From positions 36,952,001 through 37,016,000 of the forward strand of contig OX597829.1 of NCBI GenBank assembly GCA_951406725.2: DNA of 64,000 nt, in the 5' to 3' direction. Each line of letters opens with the position of its first letter. Position 1 is the stretch's first letter. Under the pieces are notes generated by a model. That model was not told where the DNA came from, did no database searches, and was given only the letters and a program-made list of their open reading frames with translations. This document shows, piece by piece, positions 39,855-52,954 of this stretch. This stretch comes from Octopus vulgaris. Its lineage: Eukaryota. A program made the position numbers and the translations under genes.

Positions 39855-39862
<8 letters not shown>
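39180..39862. mobile_element. Non-coding fold-back unit with interleaved inverted repeats and a hammerhead-like motif (Penelope pLTR/retrozyme-like)
   Basis: 72-bp inverted repeat 39180-39251/39427-39498; 48-bp inverted repeat 39381-39428/39815-39862; ends in (TA)n. Confidence 0.7.
39512..39573 (+). ncRNA. Type I hammerhead-ribozyme-like motif with palindromic stem III
   Basis: TTTGAG-CTGACGA-A-AGA..GTCGAAT-TGT-ATTTGGC..TCT-A-GAAA-CGTACG-TT-CTCAAA. Confidence 0.65.
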
Positions 39863-39900
<38 letters not shown>

Positions 39901-39903
<3 letters not shown>

Positions 39904-42365
39904 CCTGTTCAGTTTCAGCTCAGAGCTGCGGCCATGCTGATGCACCGCTGATTTGCTATACTGTTATTACTAAGAGCCTCCTCTAATATGTGGCACTTGG
40001 TGAAGAATGGAGTTTGATATAGCTACCATCATTTGTACCTCTTGCCATGAGGTAGGTTCATCCGGGACTCTCGACAGGAAGAGGTCCAGCTTTGATTTAA
40101 AAACCCCTACATCTACTTTGTGCAAGTTCCTCAGACTCTTTGGGAGAATATTAAAAAGCTGTGTGCCTTTGAAACCCAGGCTGTTGCAGTAACTGGTCCT
40201 AAAGCGTGATGGCATTGCTGGGATCTTTGGCATTATGCAGTGGCGTCCCATTCTGGCATTGGTATAGCTGTCGATGCCAAAATTTAGCACAATTCCTTCC
40301 AGGATCTTCCAGATATATATTACTGCATACCTCTCCCGTCTTCTCTCCAGTGAGTAGAGTCTTGGCTGTTTCAACCTTTCCCAGTAGCTGAGCTGTTGCA
40401 AAGAGATGATCTTCTTTGTGAATCTTCTCTGGATTGCTTCAAGGTCCACTGTTAATTTCACACTGGTGGGTGACCATAGCTGTGAGCAGTAATCCAGGCG
40501 GCTGAGGACGAATGTCTGCCAGAGGAGCATCATGGTTTCCTTATCTCTGGTTCTGAATGTTCTTAGGATCCATCCAGCCAGTGGTCTGCACTTTGTCGCT
40601 ATCCTTGTAATATGCATTTGGAAAGAGTTATTGTTACTTATGTCGATACCCAGGTCCCTCACTGACTTAGGCTCTGGGATTGAAATTCCGTGGACCGGTG
40701 TCCCCTGTAAGTTTCATATTCAGTTTTGGATGCTGGTAGTGCAGGGCCTGGAATTTTTCAGCATTAAACTGTATATATTGTTATCCTCAGCCTATCTGTA
40801 AATTGAGTCCAACTCCTGCTGCAGCAACATTGATGGGGTTCTGTATTTTCTGCGAGACTTTCATATCATCTGCATAGCTTGCCAGAGTGGCTGTCCAGCC
40901 ATTTGAGGGCATATCTGAGAGGGCCACTATAAAAAGCAGTAGACCCAAGACAGTGCCCTGTGGAACACCGCTCACTATTTGTGTATTCATACAGGTGGCT
41001 CCATTAGCCACCACTGCCTGACACCTATCTTTCAGGAAGTCATGTAACCACACTCCAAGTTTTCCAGCTATGCCAAGGTCATGCAGTTTGTGACATATCA
41101 TACCATGATCCACTTTGTCAAAAGCTTTTGCAAAATCAAGGTATATTACGTCCACACTTGATTTGTTGAGTAACTGCCTCAACACGCAGTCATAATGTTG
41201 TAAGAGCTGGGTCGGGCAGCTCCTACCTTGTCGAAAACCATGCTGGGTGTCACTCAACAAGTTATTTTCCTCAAGGAATGCGATTAGTTTCCCTCTCACT
41301 ATCTGTTCCATGACTTTGCTGATGTGTGAAGTCAGAGAGATAGGCCTATAGTTTTTGGCATCTGCTCTACATCCCCCTTCATGTATTGGGCATATTATTC
41401 CCTCCTGCAGTTTGCTTGGCAGTTTGCCATTTTTAAGAAAGCTCTGGAAGAGAATCTTGAGGGGTTTTGCCAGGGCATGCTTACACACTTTGAGGAGGAT
41501 TGCTGGGAAACCATGAGGATCAGCAGTTGAGTTTGAGTCCACTTCATCTATGGCTAGTAGTATATCTTCTTCGCTAATGTCAATGTATTCCATTGTAACT
41601 GCCTCGCTGGTTATAGGTGAGGCGGCAAAGAAGTCCACTGGTTCATTCACTTGTCTGTGTTCCAATGGGGTGGTAAGGACACTTTTGAACTGGTCATTCA
41701 GTATGTCACTGATCTCAGTTGGACTGTCTGTGAGGGAGCCATCTTTTGGAGGAGGGGTCCTGTCTTGTAGTGTACTGAGGTGGTTTCTTTCGCATAATGA
41801 AAGAAGGCCTTTGGGTGTGACTTAATGTTTTTTATAACCCAGGCTTCTTTGTCTGCTTTCTCCCTCACATAGGATTGTTGCAGCCTTTTTTCAATCTCCA
41901 TCAGTATTGTTTTTAGGCAGGACGTTTCGCTACTTTTGGGGTGTTGCTTGAGTCGATTTGCAACCTTTGTCCGTCGTTTCATGAGGATCTTCCTCTCCCT
42001 TGGAATCTTGCTCCTATTTGTTTTGGTCTTGTGCTCTGGGACACATTTCTAGCATATGGCTTGCACAGAAGATATCAAACATTCTAGTTTCATGTCACTG
42101 TCTGGTGTGGAAAGACATTTCGGCCAGTCCTCTCTGAGGATCTCTTTTAGGATTGATTTCCAATCTGCTTTGTGGAAGTTCAGTTTGGAGAGATTTCGGG
42201 TGCTTCCTTTAGGCTGTATGTCTCTGGCTACTTTTGGCCCAAACATAGACAGCTCTATTATGTTGTGATCCGAGACTAATGTCGGTGTCACATCATGAAT
42301 GATGTCCATATTGTTCATGAAGCACAGATGCAGAATGTTATTCGCTTTTGCCCTAGTTAGTCTGA
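39901..42365 (-). mobile_element. CR1-type LINE, 5'-truncated
   Basis: ORFs 40787-41665 (NYRPISLTS, QHGFR.GRSC, YLDFAKAFDKV, SGVPQG, YADD) and 39970-40662; end of APE (SDHNII). Confidence 0.92.
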
Positions 42366-42386
42366 GTATATGTGTGTGTATGTATG

Positions 42387-42431
<45 letters not shown>

Positions 42432-42490
42432 GTGTGTGTGTGTATATGTATATATATATATGTATGTATGTATATATGTATGTATATATG

Positions 42491-42531
<41 letters not shown>

Positions 42532-42630
42532 GTATGTATGTATATGTATGTATGTATATATATATGTATGTATGTATATATATATATATGTATGTATATA
42601 TATATATGTATGTATATATATATATATATG

Positions 42631-42690
<60 letters not shown>

Positions 42691-42784
42691 TATGTATGTA
42701 TATATATGTATATATATATATGTATGTATATGTATATATATATGTGTATGTATATGTATATATATATGTATATATATATGTATG

Positions 42785-42824
<40 letters not shown>

Positions 42825-42844
42825 TGTATGTATATATATATATG

Positions 42845-42884
<40 letters not shown>

Positions 42885-42995
42885 TGTATATATATATTTA
42901 TGTATATATGTATGTATGTATGTATGTATATATGTATGTATGTATGTATATATGTATGTATGTATATATGTATGTATGCATATATGTATGTATGC

Positions 42996-43028
<33 letters not shown>

Positions 43029-43645
43029 TATATGTATGTATATAGATATGTGTGTATATATATGTATGTATGCATATATGTATATATGTATATATATGTA
43101 TATGTATGTATATATGTATATGTATGTATATATGTATACATATATATATATATATGTATATGTATATATGTATATATATATATGTATATATATGTATGTA
43201 TATATATATATATTTCTTTACTATGTATGTATATATATGTATATGTATGTATATATGTATGTATATATATGTATATATAAGTATGTATATATATGTATAT
43301 ATAAGTATGTATATATATAAGTATGTATATATATATATATGTTTGTATATATATGTGTATGTATGTATATGTATATATATGTGTGTGTATGTATATATAT
43401 GTATGTATATGTATATATATGTATGTATATGTATATATATGTGTATGTATATGTATATGTATGTATGTATATGTATATATATGTGTGTGTATGTATATAT
43501 ATGTGTGTGTATGTATATATATGTATGTGTATGTACATATATGTGTATATGTATCTATATATATATATGTGTATAGGTATGTATATATATGTGTATATGT
43601 ATGTATATGTATATATTTGTATATGTATGTGTATATATGTATATA
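42366..43645. repeat. (TA)n/(TATG)n microsatellite
   Basis: Directly visible. Confidence 0.95.
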
Positions 43646-43649
43646 TTGT

Positions 43650-44355
43650 CGGGTCTAGTGCTAGTCAAGCATATTTGGTCTTTCATGAAAATCCCGCTCT
43701 CTTGTCATTCACTTGGTCTAACTCGTTAATTATTCCCTGCATTTCTCAAATCAAAGATGCTTGCACATTTGAAGACCAAAACACATGATAACGCGTCTTT
43801 GCAAAACACAAAAATGCGCATAGTCATTACAGACTGTCTGCAAATGCACATGCGCATCCAACTGTCAGGTGTAAAATTATCTCCGTCCAATCAAAAAACA
43901 GACATTTTGCCATTTATAGATATAGAGATTTTAAGCAAACATTTAGAAATTCACTGGGAAACTGGAAAATGAAGAAATCTGGGACAGTTCCGGTCCTAAA
44001 TTGGATAAATTGGTCTGGTACAGTAGTGAGGTGTGATACATAACAAAGGGTGGGAAATGCATAGTTTTAAAGAGTTATTTCCCTTGCTATAGTTTAATAT
44101 CTTTAGATTAAACTGCTGGATTAAGTGAGTTATGTCCCTTGTATTAAAGACTTTTGTTACCTGAAACATAAGGGGTCAGTTTATCAATTTTTGTTTTCAT
44201 GGCTTTCAGGGGTAACTGGAAAATGAAAAGATCTTCAAAACCACCCTTGGATGGTTTTGAATGACCATAGAAAGTACGAGCCCTGTAACTGAAAAATTGT
44301 GGATTTGTATAAAGGATACACACACACACACACAGACATTTTGCAGTTTATATAT
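43650..44355 (-). mobile_element. Possible non-autonomous Helitron-like repeat
   Basis: Minus-strand start TATATAAACTGCAAAATGTCTGTGTGTG resembles the Helitron 5' ends in this window; 3' end unclear. Confidence 0.4.
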
Positions 44356-44420
44356 ATATATGTGTATATATGATGTATATATATATATATATATATAAAT
44401 ATATATGTATATATATATAT

Positions 44421-47400
44421 ATCATCATCATCATCATCATCATCAGCGTCCTCTTTCCATGCTGGCATGGGTTGGACAGTTCAACTGGGGTTTGGGAAGC
44501 CAGAAGGCTGCACCAGGCTCCGGTCTTATCTGGCAGTGTTTCTACAGCTGGATGCCCTTCCTAATGCCAACCACTCCATAAGTGTAGTGGGTGCTTTTTA
44601 CGTGCTAGACGAGGCTGGCAATGGCGACGATCAGATGATGCTTTTTACGTACCACTGGCACGGAGGCCAGTCAGGGCGGCACTGGCAACGGCCACGTTCG
44701 GACGGTTCTCTTATGTGTCACCATGGTTCTCTTATGTGCCACCGGCACTGGTATCACAGCTACAATTTCCATTGATGTTGATAGATTTTGATTTTGATTT
44801 TCACTAGCCTCAACGGGTCTTCACAAGTAGAGTTTTGTGTCCCAAGAAGGAAAGGTATGAATAAGTGGACTGAGGCCATGGGTTATGGTCTCACTTGTCC
44901 TGCTGGGCCTTCTCACGCACAGCATACTTCCATAGGTCTTTGTCTCTAGTCATTTCCTTGGTTAGACCTAAAGTTCGAAGGTCATGCTTCACCACCTTGT
45001 CCCAGGTTTTCCTGGGTCTACCTCTTCCGCGGGTTCCCTCAACCGCTAGGGTGTGGCACTTTTTCACACAACTATCTTCATCCATTCTTGCCACATGACC
45101 ATTCCAGCGCAAACGTCTCTCTTGCACACCACAACTGATGTTTCTTAAGTCCAACTTCTCTCTCAAGGTACTTACAATCTGTCGAGTATGAACACTGACA
45201 TTACACATCCATCGGAGCATACTGGCTTCATTTCTTGCGAGCTTACGCATATCCTCAGCATTCACGGCCCGTGTTTCACTGCCATGTAGCTGTTCGTACA
45301 TATGCGTCATACAGTCTGCCTTTTACTCTGAGCGAGAGGCCTTTTGTCCCTAGCAGAGGTAAGAGCTCTCTGAAGTTTGCCCAGGCTATTCTTACTCTAG
45401 CAGTTACACTTTCAACACACCCGCCCCCGCTACTGATTTGGTCACCTAGGTAATGGAAGCTATCAACTATTTCTAGTTTTTCTCCCCGGAATGTGGCAAA
45501 AGTTGGTCTCTGCGCATTTTCAGTGTTTATTGCTCCTGAGCATCTGCCACATAGAAAAAGTATCTTCCTAGTTAGCCTTCCCTTGACGTTGCTGCACCTC
45601 TTACGTGTCCATAGCTTACACTTGGTGCATCTTATAGAGTTTCTACCTACGCCTTTTCTAAAGATTGAGCAGGGCCATCTACCTGAAGGCGTTTGTGATT
45701 TGTCTACCTTCCTACTTATTCGGACTTTGGTTTTAGCTATGTTGACTCTAAGGCCCTTCGATTCTAATCCTTGCTTCCACACCTGGAACTTCTCCTCCAG
45801 TTCTGATAGTGACTCAGCAATTAGAGCAAGGTCATCAGCATAGAGGAGCTCCCAGGGGCATCCTGTCTTGAATTCCTCCGTTATTGCCTGGAGGACTATG
45901 ATGAATAAGAGGGGGCTGAGGACTGAACATTGCTGGACCCCTACCTCTACCCGGAATTCTTCACTGTACTCGTTGCCAACCCTTACCTTACTAGCAGCGT
46001 CCCTGTACATGGCTTGCACAGCTCTCACTGACCATTTATCTGTCCCTAGTTTCCTCATTGACCACCAGATAAAGGATCGGGGGACCCTGTCAAAGGCTTT
46101 CTCCATGTCAACGAAAGCCAGGTACAGGGGCTTATCTTTGGCTAGATATTTCTCCTGCAGCTGTCTTACCAGGAATATGGCATCAGTGGTGCTTTTCCCT
46201 GGCACAAACCCAAACTGCATCTCATCTAAACTAACTCTCTCTCTAATTAGTTGGGCTATGACCCTCTCTGTAACCTTCATTACCTGATCCAACAGCTTTA
46301 TACCTCTAATTCTTTGTATCTAGGGCGTCACCTTTACCTTTGTAGCAGTTGACTATTATACTACTACACCAGTCATTGGATATGACTCCTTCGTGTATCA
46401 CCTGGTTAACTATATGGGTGACTAGGCTATAGCCGACACTACCAGATATTTTGAGCATCTCTGCAGTAATTCCTGATGGGCCTGGGGCTTTCCCTGTCTT
46501 TATGCTTCTAATTGCCTTAACTACCAGGGAACTGTCAACTCGGATAGTTGGTCCCTCTGTTGGGTCAACATTCGGCAGACTCTCTTTATCCCATTCATTT
46601 TCTTTATTCAGCAACCTTTCATAGTGGCGTCTCCAAACCTTTCTCTTTGCATCCTCATTTAGTGCAAGTGAACCATCATCCATGCGAACACATTTCTCTC
46701 TTACACACATTACGATTCTCTCTCACACACTGTCTTGCAACACGAAATACCTCAAGTCTTTGGTCCTCACGGCACAGAACATTGGCAAATTTTTTCTTAT
46801 CTGCTTCCCTTCTGGCTAAATAAACCTGTCGCCTAGCTTCTCTTTTTGCAGTCTGATACAATTCACTGCTACCCCCATTCTTCCAGTCCTGTTTCTTTTC
46901 TCTAATTGCCCTGTCTACAACATTGTTATTTTATGTCGAGAGGGGACTTTGCACCAGCCACAGATCTGGTCAGTGGCTCTCAGCCGGTTGTCCCTTTGAA
47001 ACCTCCAGTTGTCTTCTACCCCATGTGAAGCTATATCCCCTTCTATTTCGTCAAAGGCTTCAAGTAATATGTCTCTAAATCTCTGTCCATTCACAGGATC
47101 TTTAGTGCAAGTGAACCATCATCCATGCGAACACATTTCTCTCTTCCAGACCCTTCTTCTCCATGTTGGTTGTCTTCTTAGTCCTGATCCTAAAGTCACT
47201 AACTACCAGTCTATGTTGTGGGGTACATTCTTCGCCTGGGATGGTTTTGGCCTTTATAAGCAGCCATCTTTCCCTTTTTCTGGCAAGGATGTTGTCGATT
47301 TGGCTAGTATGTCTGCCCGATCGGTAGGTGACTAGGTGGCTGGTAGGTTTCCTGAAGTTAGTGTTGCAAACCATAAGATCATTCGCATCGCAGAACTCCA

Positions 47401-48340
47401 GCAGCCTGGTTCCCTCCTCGTTGCGGGAACCATAACCGTAGCCTCCATGTATATCATGGAAGCCCCCAGCATGTCGTCCAACATGCCCATTGAAGTCACC
47501 AGCCACAAAAAGAAGGTCCCTGTTGTTCGTCGATGAGGTAGTTTGCAGTAGGGTGTCATAGAATCGGCCTTACTGTCCATCGGGTAGCCCTGGCTGAGGG
47601 GCATAGGCCGATATAATGGTTGCTAATCCATGATGAAGCACTAATCTAATCTTAAGTATTCTGTTGCATACTCTGACTACCTCAATTACCTTATCTACCC
47701 ATTTTTCAGCGAAAAGTATACCCACGCCCCCGACCCCGTCAGTGTTCCTAGCCTAGAAAATCTTTTACCTGTGTTCTTTACCTGTGAGGACCTAGCAGAA
47801 CCTCCTCTCCACCTCACTTCTTGAATGCAGCACATATCAACACATCTCTGTTCAAGCAACTCAACAATCTCGCCAGACCTACCTTTCAGTGTCCCAATGT
47901 TGAGGGTGCCAACCCTGAGGGTGTTGGAGGTATAGGCCCATGGCACCTTGGGACGGGGGACAGTAGCTTCATGTACCTGAAAAGAAAACTCGAGTTTGGC
48001 AGGATTCATAGACAAACAATAAACTTAAGTTCAAACCGCGTACACTACTCTATCATATTTTGCAATGTATGATCACTACCTTATATAGCAGGGGGTGGGG
48101 GTGGCATAAGACTTTTGAAGTGTACATGGGAGACAACCAAGGATGACAAAATTTGGGACTTCCTGTAAAGGTGGAGGGGGTGGGAGGGCGTTTGCACCGC
48201 GAGAACTAGCAGCCATGAAGGGGCGCCTCTCATCTCTTGGAGAAGGAATACTTAGTTGTAGATATAAAAGACCTAATTGAGAGAGAGAGATATGTTGCAG
48301 ATTTAGGGGAGATGCATAAGCTAAATTCATCTTAGACATC
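44421..48340 (-). mobile_element. Near full-length RTE LINE, frameshifted
   Basis: APE (VGTLNIG, IQEVRW, AGDFNGHVG), RT ORF 45276-46292 ([27 protein letters not shown]), C-terminus and (GAT)n tail. Confidence 0.95.
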
Positions 48341-48574
48341 GATAAGTAAGAGGAACTATAGAATTATATATATATATTTAACACGAGACGTGAGGCTGAA
48401 ATAGACAGAGTCAAACAGAATAGAGATAAACAAAAAAGGTTAATCAATTGCGCAGAAATATTACTACGTAGGTAACGGGATAAATTTATAGGAATGCTTA
48501 TCTGTGGTTCATCTTTTACGTTCGTAGTTTACAGCAACAGTTTGAATTGAAAATATATACGTGTGTGTATATCA

Positions 48575-48930
48575 AATCGTGGCCGATGCCAGTGCTGCCT
48601 CGACTGGCTTCCGTGTCGGTGGCACGTAAAAAGCACCATCTGAATCGTGGCCGAAGCCAGTGCCGCCTCGACTGGCTTCCGTGCAGGTGGCACGTAAAAT
48701 GCACCAATCCGACCGTGGTCGATGCCAGCCTCGCCTGGCACCAGTGCAGGTGGCACGTAAAAAGCACCCACTACACTCACGGAGTGGTTAGCGTTAGGAA
48801 GGGCATCCAGCTGTAGAAACATTGCCAGATAAGACCGGAGCCTGGTGCAGCCTTCTGGCTTCCCAGATCCCCGGTCGAACCGTCCAACCCATGCTAGCAT
48901 GGAGAACGGACGTTAAACGATGATGATGAT
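48575..48930 (+). mobile_element. RTE 3'-tail fragment/SINE
   Basis: Three GTGGCACGTAAAA units, ttaggaagggcatccagctg, (GAT)n. Confidence 0.85.
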
Positions 48931-49123
48931 ATATATGTATGTATGTATGTATATGTATGTATGTATATATATATGTATGTATATATATATGTATGTATGT
49001 ATATATGTATGTATGTATATATGTATGTATGTATGTATGTATATATATATGTATGTATATATGTATGTATGTATATATATATATATATGTATGTATATAT
49101 GTATATATATGTATGTATGTATG

Positions 49124-50254
49124 TCATCATCATCATTTAGCGTCCGCTTTCCATGCTGGCATAGGTTGGACGGTGCAACTGGGGTCTGGGAAGCCAGAAG
49201 GCTGCACCAGGCCCAGTCTGATCTGGCAGTGTTTCTACGGCTGGATGCCCTTCCTAATGCCAACCACTCCATGAGTGTAGTGGGTGCTTTTTACGTGCCA
49301 CTGGCACGGAAGCCAGTCAGGGCGGCACTGGCAACGGCCACGTTCGGATGGTTCTCTTATGTGCCACCAGCACTGGTATCACAGCTACAATTTCCATTCA
49401 AGTTGATCGATTTTGATTTTTTGATTTTCACTTGCCTCAACAGGTCTTCACAAGTAGGGTTTTGTGTCCCAAGAAGGAAAGGTATGCATAAGTGGACTGA
49501 GGCCATGGGTGATGGTCTCACTTGTCCTGCCAGGTCTTCTCACGCACAGCATACTTCCAAAGGTCTCGGTCTCTAGTCATTTCCTCGGTGAGACCTAAAG
49601 TTCAAAGGTCGTGCTTCACCACCTCATCCCAGGTTTTCCTGGGTCTGCCTCTTCCACAGGTTCCCTCAACAGCTAGGGTGTGGCACTTTTTCACACAACT
49701 ATCTTCATCCATTCTCGCCACATGGCCATACCAGCGCAGATGTCTCTCTTGCACACCGCAACTGATGCTTCTTAGGTCCAACTTCTCTCTCAAGGTACTT
49801 ACACTCTGTCGAGTATGAACACTGACATTACACATCCATTGGAGCATACTGGCTTCATTTCTTGCGAGCTTACGCATATCCTCAGCATTCACGGCCCGTG
49901 TTTCACTGCCATGTAGCTGTTCGTACATATGCGTCATACAGTCTGCCTTTTACTCTGAGCGAGAGGCCTTTTGTCCCTAGCAGAGGTAAGAGCTCTCTGA
50001 AGTTTGCCCAGGCTATTCTTACTCTAGCAGTTACACTTTCAACACACCCGCCCCCGCTACTGACTTGGTCACCTAGGTAATGGAAGCTATCAACTATTTC
50101 TAGTTTTTCTCCCTGGAATGTGGGGGAAGTTGCTCTCTGCGCATTTTCTACACCTGAAACTTCTCCTCCAGTTCTGATAGTGACTCAGCAATTAGAGCAA
50201 GGTCATCAGCATAGAGGAGCTCCCAGGGGCATCCTATCTTGAATTCCTCCGTTG
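49124..50254 (-). mobile_element. 5'-truncated RTE LINE with internal deletion at ~50148
   Basis: Co-linear with 44421-45885; [11 protein letters not shown] at its 5' end. Confidence 0.92.
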
Positions 50255-51905
50255 TATATATATATATGTATGTATGTATGTATATATGTATGTATGTATA
50301 TATGTATGTATGTATGTATGTATATATGTATGTATGTATATATGTATGTATGTATGTATATATGTATGTATATATGTATGTATGCATATATGTATGTATG
50401 TATGTATATATGTATGTATGTATATATGTATGTATATATATATGTGTATATATATATATGTATGTAATTATAATAAAGGGTATTTTTTGCAACAAGTTGC
50501 TTAAACCACATAACCCTTTATTATAATTATATAATTTTTACCGAATATGGTCATTTCCATACCGAAAGACTACTAGGTGAAATTTATTGATTTTATTAAA
50601 TTAATTATATTTCACCCTTTATATGTATATGTGTATGTATATATATGTGTGTGTGTGTATATATATGTGTGTGTGTGTGTATGTATATATATGTGTGTGT
50701 ATGTATATATATGTGTGTGTGTATGTATATATATATGTGTGTGTCTATATATATATATGTGTGTGTGTGTATATATATATATGTGTGTGTGTATGTATAT
50801 ATATATATGTGTGTGTATGTATATATATATATGTGTATATATATGTATGTGTGTATATATATATATATATATGTATATGCATGTTTGTGTATATGTGTGT
50901 GTATGTATATATGCATATATGTGTGTATATATATATATGCATGTTTGTGTATATATATATATATATGCATATATGTGTATATATATAAATGCATATATGT
51001 GTATATATATATATGCATATATGTGTATATATATATATGCATATGTGTATATATATATATGCATATATGTGTATATATATATATGCATATATGCATATAT
51101 ATATAAATGCATATGTGTATATATATGCATATATGTGTATATATATTTATGCATATATGTGTATATATATATATATATGCATATATGTGTATATATATAT
51201 ATATGCATATATGTGTATATATATATATATATGCATATATGTGTATATATATATATATATGTATATATATATGTATATATATTTCTGTATATATATATAT
51301 ATATATATATATTTCTGTATATATATATATGTATATATATTTGTATATATATATATGTATATATATTTGTATATATGTATATTTATGTATATATATGTAT
51401 GTATATATATGTATATTTATGTATATATATGTATGTATATATATATATATTTATATATATATATATGTATGTATATGTATAAATACATATATATATGTAT
51501 GTATATGTATATATATATATACATATATGTACATATATATACATATGTATATGTATATATATATATATATGTACATGTATATATACATATATGTATATGT
51601 ATACACATATGTATATATATATATATATATATGTACATGTATATATACATATATGTATATATATACATATATGTATATATGTATGTATTTATATATGTAT
51701 ATATGTATGTATTTATATATGTATATATGTATGTATTTATATATGTATGTATGTATGTATATTTATATATGTATATATACATATATGTATATATATATAT
51801 GTATATATGTATGTATTTATATATGTATGTATGTATGTATATTTATATATGTATATATATATATGTATATACATATATTTGTATATACATATATATGTAT
51901 ATATC
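50255..51905. repeat. TA/TG/TATG microsatellite with small hairpins at 50465-50618
   Basis: Directly visible. Confidence 0.9.
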
Positions 51906-51939
51906 ATTAATTAAAAAATGTTAGGTTAGCAAAAGTATT

Positions 51940-52835
51940 TATAGAAAAAGTCTTTGCCACCGGTGGTCTTGCCAGAAGGAAAAATTTAAACAATAGACTA
52001 TACATAATTGATAGAAGAATGCAGGGTACATTCAAACACATAAGAGATAACAAAAAAATAGGATATCTCACTCACTAGATAGAGCAGTCAAAACTCCAAG
52101 CCACTAATAGTTGCAATTCTGAAAGGGAATGGAAAATAAAAATATTTACTCTATTTTTCCTTGACTTGACTTGAGAGTGCATTCACCCCGGGTAGGTTGA
52201 GCTGGCTTCATTCATCCTCAATGCTGCATCTCTCTCAAACACCAACCAGGCCTGGCAATTTGAGGCTAAGGACTGCGTGATCTCCAACCACTCCTTATTC
52301 CAGCGGCGAACACCATAGGTATGGGGGCCAAGGTTGGGTTCCAGATCAGCCTTGACTGTCATCAGCTAGGTTTTTCGTTGTCCACCACATTGCTTTCGCC
52401 AACCCTGAAGGGGAGCTGGGGCAATTGCTTCATAGATGAATTCTCCTGGTTGACAATGGAGGGCATGACCCAGCCAATGCCGACATCTCGTTAGGATGAC
52501 TTATTGGAGGGAGGTGATTCTGCACTGGTGTCGCACCAAATTGTTGGAGACAAAGTGATGCCATCGGACACGACAGATGCGGCGTAGACAGAGCTGATCG
52601 AAGGATTCTAGTCGCTTAATATCTTACACTCTCATTGGCCATGACTCGTTGCTGTAAAGGAGAATCGTTTTCCTAGACTAAGCATAGTTTCTACAATCTT
52701 ATATAAATTAAAATAAAATAATGGTTATCTCTTATGTGTTTGAATGTACACTGTATTCTTCTATGAATCATGTATAGTCTATTGACTAAATTTTTCTTTC
52801 TCGCTAGACCACTGGTAGCAAAGAATTTTTCTATA
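51940..52835. mobile_element. TA-flanked fold-back unit with ~112-bp imperfect inverted repeats
   Basis: Arms 51940-52051 and 52724-52835 are reverse complements with scattered mismatches. Confidence 0.7.
52160..52670 (-). mobile_element. 3' fragment of a second, distinct RTE family with (CAAGT)n tail
   Basis: LYSNESWP..RLESFDQLCLRRI..WLGHAL..GGQRKT..GPHTYGVRRWNKEW. Confidence 0.75.
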
Positions 52836-52883
52836 TATGTATATACATATATATGTATATGTATGAATGTATATATATATATA

Positions 52884-52932
<49 letters not shown>

Positions 52933-52954
52933 GTTTATATATATGTATATGATG

